Under the pieces are notes generated by a model that ran no database searches, had not been told where the DNA came from, and worked only from the letters and a program-made list of their open reading frames with translations. From a virus (taxonomy: Duplodnaviria > Caudoviricetes), in IMG/VR virus record IMGVR_UViG_3300038379_000471, positions 1 to 44,670 of that record: 44,670 bases of DNA, one strand, 5' to 3'. Shown here piece after piece: positions 37,467-44,670 of this stretch (within the stretch, counting starts at the first letter, position 1; every line of letters begins with the position of its first letter). A program made the translations under genes and the position numbers.

Positions 37467-37685
37467 ATGCAGCAGCGAGATCACCTGCACCAGATCGCCA
37501 ACGAACTGCCGTTCCTGGTGCGTCAGTTAGAATCGAACGATCCTATCCTGCGCGCGGCTGGCCTGATGCGGCTGCGCGACCTGGCGCGCGTCTGCGCGGC
37601 GCGGCGGGGGGGAGCGGAGGTGCGGAGCCCGCCGACGCGGGCGGGCGCGTCGTTTGTGGCGCTGTCGGGGAATCGGGATGATTGA
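37467..37685 (+). CDS. Hypothetical protein
   Basis: Helical 72-aa ORF after the promoter. Confidence 0.45.
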   Translation: MQQRDHLHQIANELPFLVRQLESNDPILRAAGLMRLRDLARVCAARRGGAEVRSPPTRAGASFVALSGNRDD

Positions 37686-37798
37686 CAGTTTAGCACGGAT
37701 GCGCTAAACTGGGGTGGAGCAGGGTTGCTCTCCTTTGTTGAATGGGTGACGGTGCAAACGGGGCGTTGATGCGCAAGTATCAACGCCCCGTTTGTTTT
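37682..37798 (+). ncRNA. Putative small-RNA unit (about 85-nt RNA)
   Basis: TTGACA-17-TAAACT; GCAA-loop terminator 37755-37798; contains the anti-SD-like CTCTCCTTT. Confidence 0.5.
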
Positions 37799-37866
37799 AG
37801 AATGTTTGTTCGTTGTAGCGAAGGAGAGCGGGATGATTTACGATTAACATAAGGAGAGAGAGTTGC

Positions 37867-38682
37867 ATGACGATGAGGTTGGTGGCACTTTCTCGGCTAT
37901 GGGGCCAGGAAAGTGCCGCGTCGTGTCTGGGCACCGTAATTCGCTTGAGGGGTGTGGCTGTGCGATTGAACATTTTGATGGTGGCGCCAGATCACGCCGA
38001 TCTGCCCAATGTAGCGGCCGAGCTGGCGGCGGTGAGCAGCCAGCATGACACCGTGCGGCTGGTCGGGATGGTGCGCGACGCAGACATGGCCAGCGTGGTG
38101 CAGGAAGGCCCCTTCGATGTGCTGTGGTTCGCCAGCCACGGCAGCAAGCATGGCGTCTTACTTAGCGATGGGCCGCTGGATATTCAAGGGGTGGGGCAAT
38201 ATGTGCGCGCAGCCGGCGCCAAGCTTTGTGTGCTCAACACCTGCGATTCAGAGAACGTGGCGCTTTCCATTATCTCCGGGGGCACGGCGGATATGATCTG
38301 CACGATTGGGCCGGTAGGTGATCAGAATGCGGCCAGGTTGGCCATTTTGCTGGCCGGCGAGCTGACCCGCACGCGCGATAGTTATGAAGCCTATCTGCAA
38401 GTGCGACCGGAAGGCGGCAGTTACCGTTACTATAAAGCCGGTGCAGCGGCGCCGGTGCATCGTAATCGTTGGACGGATCGCAGTGATGAAGTGAGCGCCA
38501 TGATGGAGATGATCTACGAGACACGGTTGAACATCAACATACTCAAAACCTGGTTGATTGTGATGGCCATTGCCATCATTACCCTGGTGCTTGCGCATGG
38601 CGCGCTTTGGGTGCGCGTGGATGTAATTAGCCGGCAGATTCAATATGAGCAATATAGCACCCCACAAACCGGACCAAACTAA
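37867..38682 (+). CDS. CHAT-domain (caspase-like) protease with a C-terminal transmembrane helix
   Basis: FDVLWFASHG and CVLNTCDS His/Cys dyad motifs; TM WLIVMAIAIITLVLAHGALWV; alternative start GTG 37960. Confidence 0.78.
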   Translation: MTMRLVALSRLWGQESAASCLGTVIRLRGVAVRLNILMVAPDHADLPNVAAELAAVSSQHDTVRLVGMVRDADMASVVQEGPFDVLWFASHGSKHGVLLSDGPLDIQGVGQYVRAAGAKLCVLNTCDSENVALSIISGGTADMICTIGPVGDQNAARLAILLAGELTRTRDSYEAYLQVRPEGGSYRYYKAGAAAPVHRNRWTDRSDEVSAMMEMIYETRLNINILKTWLIVMAIAIITLVLAHGALWVRVDVISRQIQYEQYSTPQTGPN

Positions 38683-38887
38683 TTGGGTCAATGTGCGTGT
38701 GGGCGATAAGCTCCTCTTCCGCTACGACCCAGAGAACAACCTGATCGAATTGCGCCGGCGTGACCTGGTGATCGTGGTGCGTTTGGACGATTATCGAAAT
38801 GGAGCGCAGCCATTGACATGCGAAAACAGGCGTGCTAAAATGGAGAGCAATGCGGGATGGCGCAAAGGTAGCGCAGCGGGCCCATAA
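38645..38887 (+). CDS. Hypothetical protein
   Basis: LLFRYDPENNLIELRRR beta-rich core; 3' end overlaps a promoter. Confidence 0.5.
   Translation: MSNIAPHKPDQTNWVNVRVGDKLLFRYDPENNLIELRRRDLVIVVRLDDYRNGAQPLTCENRRAKMESNAGWRKGSAAGP
38813..38841 (+). promoter_or_regulatory. Near-consensus sigma70 promoter
   Basis: TTGACA-17-TAAAAT with TG extension. Confidence 0.75.
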
Positions 38888-39170
38888 CCCGCGAAATGGC
38901 CAGGCTCTTCACTGCCGGTTCATTCACATGTGTGACTGGGCAGCAACCGTGTACATGCCTCTGCGATCAGAGGCCCACCATTAGGTGGCCAGTGGTGGGC
39001 ATAGTCTCCACCGTGATGGGGCAATGACGAGGTGCTGCAGGGCTGCCTAGCCGAGCCTGACGGCGAACATGAGCTGGGGAGTCCAGGCACCTCCCCGGCA
39101 ACATAGCAGCGACGACAGGCCGCGAGAGCGCCAAGAGCGCCATGATCTTCGGATCGTGGCGCTCTTTTGT
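38848..39170 (+). ncRNA. Putative structured ncRNA of about 320 nt
   Basis: Bounded by promoter and cUUCGg terminator; several hairpins; no sense ORF of note. Confidence 0.5.
38851..38892 (+). tRNA. 5' portion only of an initiator-type tRNA-Met(CAU)
   Basis: TGCGGGA TG GCGC AAAGGTA GCGC A GCGGG CCCATAA CCCGC; no T arm or acceptor 3' strand. Confidence 0.65.
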
Positions 39171-39172
39171 TC
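39133..39172 (+). terminator. Intrinsic terminator
   Basis: AAGAGCGCCATGATC-TTCG-GATCGTGGCGCTCTT followed by TTGTTCT. Confidence 0.8.
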
Positions 39173-39260
39173 TACTGGACAATGTAAGTGAGGCGCACAT
39201 GGACAAGAGGGATAAAGAGATTTGCCTCATTCTGGTCTATTGTATGATAGCGACCATCTT

Positions 39261-39900
39261 ATGCGCACTATTGATCCAACTGTGGATGAAGGGCTAAAAC
39301 GTCAGAAGGCGCGCCACGCGGTGGAGCGCAAGCTGCAGCGGGCATTGGCGTTGGCCTTGCGGTCGCAGGGTCAAAACTTTGTGAAGGAGCTGTGCGCACC
39401 GCCAGCCCAACAGCCCAACATAAAAGCTGCTTGGTGGCGTCGACCCGCAACGCTGGCGCCGCCGACAGCGTGTTCAATCGAATGCGAGTGGGCGCGCCTC
39501 TTTGATTTGGTGGTGCAGCAAACATTGGCGCTTTTCGTTTCACCTCTGCAATACGCGGCGCGCGCCGGCCTGCGGCTCGGTATGGCCAATGCCATGTCCG
39601 ATCTGCGGATCAACCGCGCGTTTACATTGGCTAAAGGCTGGGTTATCGGCTGGCCGGTGAGATCAACGATGGCACTCGCCAGCAATAACCGCCACGGCCG
39701 ATGTTGCGTGCAGAGAGCAGTGGGATCACGAGCGCCTGTTGAAGGAGCTTTACCGCACCATAATTGTCGGCAACCTTACCCAACAGGTAGATGGCCGTGC
39801 GAAGTTTATTGCCCTCGCCGTGGTGCGCAACGCGTACGAATTCGGGTGTGCCACGGTTCGACGAGAGGTTCAGCACGCCGTCATTCCAGCCAGCAGAGGA
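39261..39900 (+). pseudogene. Degenerate second MuF/gp7-like head gene
   Basis: ERKLQRALALAL, INRAFTL; EINDGTR and RAKFIALAVVRNAY in shifted frames. Confidence 0.35.
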
Positions 39901-39965
39901 GGCGCTCGATAATGAATTGGTGGAATGGACTCGACCCGGCTGGTTGATGGGGTGGTAGGTGGAAT

Positions 39966-40046
39966 ATGATCGTATTTTGCCTGGTGGGGATTAGTTTGAT
40001 TGCGAGTTTGGTAGTTTTGGAGGCGGTTATGTCGAATCGGGGCTAG
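39966..40046 (+). CDS. 26-aa single-TM peptide
   Basis: MIVFCLVGISLIASLVVLEAVMSNRG; AGGTGG RBS. Confidence 0.3.
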   Translation: MIVFCLVGISLIASLVVLEAVMSNRG

Positions 40047-40078
40047 ACGGATGGGATTGATGTAAGGGCGCCCATTAG

Positions 40079-40315
40079 ATGGGGGTGCGCATGGGGACGA
40101 CCAACGCGTGTTCGGTCGAGAGCGGATTGCGCCATGCCGGGGACGAACATAGCGCGCTGATAGGACTCAACTCGGATGGGATGGTATGCGCCCACTGCGG
40201 CCAGCCCATTGAGCGCACCCAGATCGGCACCTGGTCGCATGTGCGCGGCTGGCTGGATGGTCGATGCGTGGCGACGCCACGAACGGACGGTCTATTTGTG
40301 GGCACGGGGCAATAA
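40079..40315 (+). CDS. Small putative Zn-binding protein
   Basis: CAHC...WSH...C. Confidence 0.35.
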   Translation: MGVRMGTTNACSVESGLRHAGDEHSALIGLNSDGMVCAHCGQPIERTQIGTWSHVRGWLDGRCVATPRTDGLFVGTGQ

Positions 40316-40539
40316 TTTGGCTGAGGCAGCCGACAGAATGATCTCCGCGTTTTCTCAAGCCGCCATCGGCGGCCACGTTTTTTTGATTCTTGGGACACGC
40401 ATGAAACATGAAAACAGTAATTGGTCACATCCCTTCGTGTAGACATACGGGACGAATCACCCATCTGCCGCTGGGCATACGCCCAGCGACGAACTTACCC
40501 GGAGGGGGTTAGTACCCAAATTACCCTTTTGGGGCAGTT

Positions 40540-41082
40540 ATGAGCGAAGAGACACTCTTTCCGGCAGACGAAAAAACACCGGGCCAGACACAGAGCCGAC
40601 GTGCATACGAGGTGATTCACGAGGAGTTGAGCAAATTCGCATGGTGGCAAGATTATCTTTGGGCGCGGCAGCGGGGATGGGACTGGCGCAAGGCCATCTT
40701 GATTGCCTGGGGCGCCAGCCCTTTGCAAAACCGCCAACCGGCCACACAAGATGCGTTAGCTAAAGAGGTGTTGGGGTTGGCTTCAGACCGTATGTTTGCC
40801 ACCTGGCGCCAGCGGTATCCGCAGCTCGATCATGAGATCGCCTACCTGCAGGCGGCGCCGTTGCTGCGTCATCGCCGTGATATTTATGAGGCGTTGGTCA
40901 AGAGCGCCATCGCTCCCAATCCCCAAAACCACCCGGATAGAAAGTTGGCGCTGGAACTTTTGGGTGATTATGTGCCCAAGAGCAGACAGCAGTCTGTGGG
41001 TGCAGATGACGGTCCCATCGAGACCAAGACCACGATTGAGATTGTTTATGCCGAACCAGACGATTCGCTTGACTCTGCCTAA
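40540..41082 (+). CDS. terS: Terminase small subunit
   Basis: HTH-like TQDALAKEVLG; GADDGPIE tail; overlaps terL. Confidence 0.75.
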   Translation: MSEETLFPADEKTPGQTQSRRAYEVIHEELSKFAWWQDYLWARQRGWDWRKAILIAWGASPLQNRQPATQDALAKEVLGLASDRMFATWRQRYPQLDHEIAYLQAAPLLRHRRDIYEALVKSAIAPNPQNHPDRKLALELLGDYVPKSRQQSVGADDGPIETKTTIEIVYAEPDDSLDSA

Positions 41083-42262
41083 GCGCCATGCGGGCCAGAT
41101 CGAGGTTGCCCGCCACGCCAGGCGCTTTAATGTGGTCGATTGCGGACGGCGTTGGGGCAAAACCACCTTTGGGATTGACCGCGCGATTGCCCCGGATGTG
41201 CTTGGCTATCCGGTGGCGTGGTTTTCACCTACGTACAAGATGTTGATTGAGGTGTGGCGGTCTGTGGAGCGAATTACCCATCCGGTGACGATACATAAGA
41301 GTGTGCAGGATCACCGGTTGGAATTTCTGGGCGGGGGGGTAATAGAATTCTGGAGCCTAGAAAATCAGGATGCGGCGCGCGGGCGCAAGTACAAGCGGGT
41401 GATCATCGACGAAGCGGCGATTGTGCGCGGGCTGCTGGATGCGTGGAATTTTGTGATCCGATCGACGCTGGTGGATTATGCGGGTGACGCCTGGTTTCTT
41501 TCCACACCCAAGGGGCGCGACGGCTTTTATCAGTTGTGGACGTTGGGACAAGACCCGTTAAACCCAAATTGGCAATCGTGGCAGATGCCCACGACTGCCA
41601 ATCCGTATATCGATGCCGGCGAGATAGAGACGCTGCGGCAAAGCTTACCGGAGCGGGTCTTTCGCCAGGAGATCCTGGCCGAATTCCTGGAGGATGCGGG
41701 CGGGGTCTTTCGCCACGTGATGGAGTGCGCCAACGCGGTGGAACGGACAGATGGCCAGCCGGGCCATCGATATGTCATAGGGGTGGACTGGGGCAAGCTC
41801 AACGATTTTACCGTCTTTAGTGTGATGGATGTCGCTGAGCGAGCGCTGGTGGTGTTGGAGCGCTTCAACCAGATCGACTATACGGTGCAGATAGCCCGGC
41901 TGCAGGCGCTGTGTGAACGCTTTCGCCCGAACGCGTTGGTGGTGGAGCGCAACAGCATCGGTGAGCCGCTGATCGAAGTGTTGGTGCGGCTGGGGTTGCC
42001 GGTGGTGGCCTTTCAAACGACCAACGCGAGCAAAATGGCCATTATGGACGAATTGAGCCTGGCCTTTGAGCGGCGCGAGGTGCATATTCTGAATGACCCG
42101 ACATTGATCAACGAATTGCAGGCGTATGAGATGGAGCGATTGCCCAGTGGGATGTTGCGCTATAATGCGCCGGAAGGGATGCACGACGATTGTGTGATGA
42201 GCCTGGCGCTGGCCTGGTCCGCGGTGCATTCGCCCTCTGGCTGGACAAGAGGTAGTGCATAA
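41048..42262 (+). CDS. terL: Terminase large subunit
   Basis: CGRRWGKTT, VIIDEAA, LSTPKG, IGVDWG, HDDCV; ATG 41048. Confidence 0.95.
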   Translation: MPNQTIRLTLPKRHAGQIEVARHARRFNVVDCGRRWGKTTFGIDRAIAPDVLGYPVAWFSPTYKMLIEVWRSVERITHPVTIHKSVQDHRLEFLGGGVIEFWSLENQDAARGRKYKRVIIDEAAIVRGLLDAWNFVIRSTLVDYAGDAWFLSTPKGRDGFYQLWTLGQDPLNPNWQSWQMPTTANPYIDAGEIETLRQSLPERVFRQEILAEFLEDAGGVFRHVMECANAVERTDGQPGHRYVIGVDWGKLNDFTVFSVMDVAERALVVLERFNQIDYTVQIARLQALCERFRPNALVVERNSIGEPLIEVLVRLGLPVVAFQTTNASKMAIMDELSLAFERREVHILNDPTLINELQAYEMERLPSGMLRYNAPEGMHDDCVMSLALAWSAVHSPSGWTRGSA

Positions 42263-42321
42263 GTGTACCTGTGGGCGTATAGCCTAAGCGTGGTCAATGC
42301 CGAGTTTGTGGAGGAAGAGTC

Positions 42322-44007
42322 ATGGGCGACAATCTAAAAGCGGTAATTGAAAATTTGGATGACACGGTTCAGCGAGCTCGTGATAAGGCGACCTCACGTC
42401 AGCCACGCTTCACTGATGCTATGTCTTTCTTTTCCTCCGTGTATCGCTGGGCGCTAGATACTAGCCTCAATCTTCCAGACCTCTCCATTGACAACCGGCG
42501 CCGTGACACTGCTCTTCGTGCATTCTGGCCAAAGGAGCCGCACCTGGCCGGTGTGCTCAACACCGTCGTATCCATTGACAAAAACCGTGGCTGGACATTG
42601 ACTGGCGGGCGCAACCAGGTGCGACGGTATGAGGAAATCCTACGTCGCGCCGAGAATGGCATGGGCTGGCGGCATTTTATCGCCGGGGCGGCCACTGCTT
42701 ACTACACAAGCGACTTGGGGAGTGTTACTGAAGTTGCTACCGATGGCGATCCCGGGCCATTGATTGACCTCTACAATGTAGACCCGACCGCATGTTATCT
42801 AACTGGCAAGCCTGACAAGCCATTGGCCTATATTCCTGGCACATGGGGCAGGGTGCAAGAGTGGCCAGCCCGCGCGTTCTTTCGGTGTGTGTCCATGCCT
42901 TCTACCGATCAGAACATGGGCGGCATGGGCTACTGCGCCATCTCACGCGCTGCCGAACTTGCCAAATTGATGCTGGCGGTCTACCAGCATGACCAGGAGA
43001 AGCTAGGGCAACGCGCCCCGCGTGGCTTGTTGCTGCTGAACAACATTACACAGCAGCAATGGATGGATGCCATGACGGTGCGTGACGCCAATCTGACCGA
43101 AAAGGAGTTAGATTACTATGGCATGGTGGAAGTTTTGGCGCAGATGGGCAGCGATCCGCCCGATGCTAAGCTAATCGCCCTTTCTAGTCTGCCCGATAAC
43201 TTCAACATCGAGACGACCACGAATCTGTTGATGTACGCCTATGCCCTTTCCTTCGGCTACGATCCCATCGAGTTCTGGCCGGTGGCTTCTGGCGCGTTGG
43301 GGCGGGGCCGTGAGACGGAGATACAACACCGCAAGGCGACCGGCAAGGGTGGCGCAGAGTTTATCTTGTCTTTCCAGGACAACCTTCAGCGTGAGCTACC
43401 CGAAACGTTGCTCTTTGAGTTTGAACAACGCGATGCTGAGGGAGAATTATTAGACGCGTCGATTGCTCAATCTTGGGCGAATGTGGTGCATACCCTTTAT
43501 CAAAATGGGTCTGGGGTGCTCACCCAACAGCAGGCGATTAGTTTCCTGGCGCAAAAGGGCATGATTCCTTCCGACTGGACAGAGGTTGAGGAAAGCGCCA
43601 GCGTGGACGCGACCGGCGTGGAGCGTGGTGGCGCCCTGAGTTCATCGAAGGGTAAGCTTCGCTATTTGCGCGAGGGGGCCATGCAATTTGACCGCGTGCG
43701 GCGGGCGATAGCCGAGTATCCCAAGCAGCCCATCGTCAAATGGTATTCATCCGGCAAGGAGGTGGTGCTGTGGGAATCCGGCGCTGAGGCCATGCGGCGT
43801 AGCGTATGGGTAGCGCCGGATGTGGGCGAGGTCACCCGGCGACCATCGCGCCAGGCGCATAGTTCGACCGGGCGCACTAACCAGCGCGAAACGCTGTATA
43901 GCGAAGACGATGTGACCATTACCGACAAGGATGTGAGTCGGGCGGTTGGGGCATTTAACCAGCGAGCGGACGGGAAATATAGCGGGATGCTGGAGGCCGT
44001 GGCGTGA
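42322..44007 (+). CDS. Portal protein
   Basis: 561 aa directly after terL; GGAGG RBS; LYNVDP, PRGLLLL. Confidence 0.75.
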   Translation: MGDNLKAVIENLDDTVQRARDKATSRQPRFTDAMSFFSSVYRWALDTSLNLPDLSIDNRRRDTALRAFWPKEPHLAGVLNTVVSIDKNRGWTLTGGRNQVRRYEEILRRAENGMGWRHFIAGAATAYYTSDLGSVTEVATDGDPGPLIDLYNVDPTACYLTGKPDKPLAYIPGTWGRVQEWPARAFFRCVSMPSTDQNMGGMGYCAISRAAELAKLMLAVYQHDQEKLGQRAPRGLLLLNNITQQQWMDAMTVRDANLTEKELDYYGMVEVLAQMGSDPPDAKLIALSSLPDNFNIETTTNLLMYAYALSFGYDPIEFWPVASGALGRGRETEIQHRKATGKGGAEFILSFQDNLQRELPETLLFEFEQRDAEGELLDASIAQSWANVVHTLYQNGSGVLTQQQAISFLAQKGMIPSDWTEVEESASVDATGVERGGALSSSKGKLRYLREGAMQFDRVRRAIAEYPKQPIVKWYSSGKEVVLWESGAEAMRRSVWVAPDVGEVTRRPSRQAHSSTGRTNQRETLYSEDDVTITDKDVSRAVGAFNQRADGKYSGMLEAVA

Positions 44008-44299
44008 TTATCGTTTGTACGCAGTGCAAAACTGAATACGAACTAATCAACGACCGCGTATCTTCGCAGCCGGTTGAAGATAAACCTGGTTATACGCAAT
44101 GGGGTTTTACCTGCCCTGATTGCCAGCTTTACACACCGACGCATATCGAAACAGAGGCCTACGGTTGCAGCAAGGCCGGCTTGAGAAACTCAAGGCTATG
44201 CTGCATATTCAGCCGTCACAGGCTAATGTTGCTCGCTGGCGGGCGGCTAAGGAGATTTATGACCGTGATTTTCGGAAGGTAAATCAACGTGCAGTCTGA
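44004..44299 (+). CDS. Zinc-ribbon protein, probably frameshifted near 44158
   Basis: CTQC...CPDC; the -1 frame gives an amphipathic helix to TGA 44299. Confidence 0.5.
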
Positions 44300-44319
44300 A
44301 TTTGCCCGGTTAAATCCCT

Positions 44320-44670
44320 ATGCCAACCTATCAATATGACCCAGATACTTTGGAATATAGCAACGAAGATGAAATCGTTGACCGTGACGCAACGCTTGAG
44401 ATTGTCACGGCGCTGATCCTAGACGATTCCCTACTGGCGCGGCGCTGGTCTGAAGAACTGGCCGCCGGCGACATCACGCTGGCGATTTGGCTTGAGCGGA
44501 TGCAGGTAGAAATCAAGGATAGCCATATTCAGCAGTACTTGTTGGGTCGGGGTGGGCTGGCGCAGATGGGGACGGAGGATTGGGCGCTGCTGGGGGATGC
44601 TATCAATGGGCAATATGGCTATCTAGCCAACTTTGCCGCCGAAATAGAAGCCGGCGAACTATCCGGCGCC
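44320..44670 (+). CDS. 5' part of the MuF/gp7-like minor head protein (continues to 376)
   Basis: ATG 44320 is in frame with 44566, which equals position 23. Confidence 0.75.
   Translation, partial: MPTYQYDPDTLEYSNEDEIVDRDATLEIVTALILDDSLLARRWSEELAAGDITLAIWLERMQVEIKDSHIQQYLLGRGGLAQMGTEDWALLGDAINGQYGYLANFAAEIEAGELSGA

Larger units (their letters stand above)
1..44670. mobile_element. Complete temperate tailed phage genome (siphovirus-like)
   Basis: Terminase, portal, capsid, TMP, integrase with intact attP, circular overlap. Confidence 0.93.

Noticed and set aside
25202-38937. DGR template/variable repeat pair
   Set aside because: No reverse transcriptase; mismatches are not A-specific in one direction; neither copy is in a fibre gene
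38851-38950. Complete tRNA-Met, tmRNA or intron-split tRNA
   Set aside because: No paired T arm or TCCCGC acceptor strand found; no tmRNA ends; the break is not in the anticodon loop
40796-41047. Longer terL start, and likewise extended starts for int (29612), 9822 and 19801
   Set aside because: Long overlaps with neighbouring genes or regulatory DNA; downstream starts fit better

Overview
This window is an apparently complete, circularly permuted temperate siphovirus-like phage genome. Bases 1-127 are identical to 44544-44670, which gives about 44,543 unique bp. The late module runs terS-terL-portal-MuF-like, across the junction, then LuxR HTH-protease/scaffold-capsid-accessory fibre block-adaptor-neck-tail tube-chaperone-tape measure-tail/receptor-binding genes. 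The early module (about 25.2-38.9 kb) carries Xis, a tRNA-Gln(CUG)-type attP, a tyrosine integrase, an iteron-bearing initiator, an FtsK/TraB-like ATPase with an adjacent membrane protein, ParA plus DUF3102, and a membrane-anchored CHAT (caspase-like) protease. I recognised no endolysin or holin. The host is probably a Chloroflexota bacterium, inferred from an LPLV-type secreted mini-protein and general gene style; this is not demonstrated. The most interesting signals are: (1) an FtsK/TraB-like translocase plus a 25-unit 8-bp direct-repeat array, resembling the Streptomyces TraB/clt DNA-transfer logic inside a phage; (2) a promoter-to-terminator ~320-nt non-coding unit that begins as an initiator-tRNA 5' half and continues as hairpins, one of which is repeated in inverted orientation at the far end of the early module; (3) a CHAT protease with a holin-like tail; (4) ParA/DUF3102 with a matching pair of palindromes; (5) a recurrent antisense-RNA cassette; (6) a probable +1 tail-chaperone frameshift. 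All family assignments come from reading motifs by eye, with no database searches.
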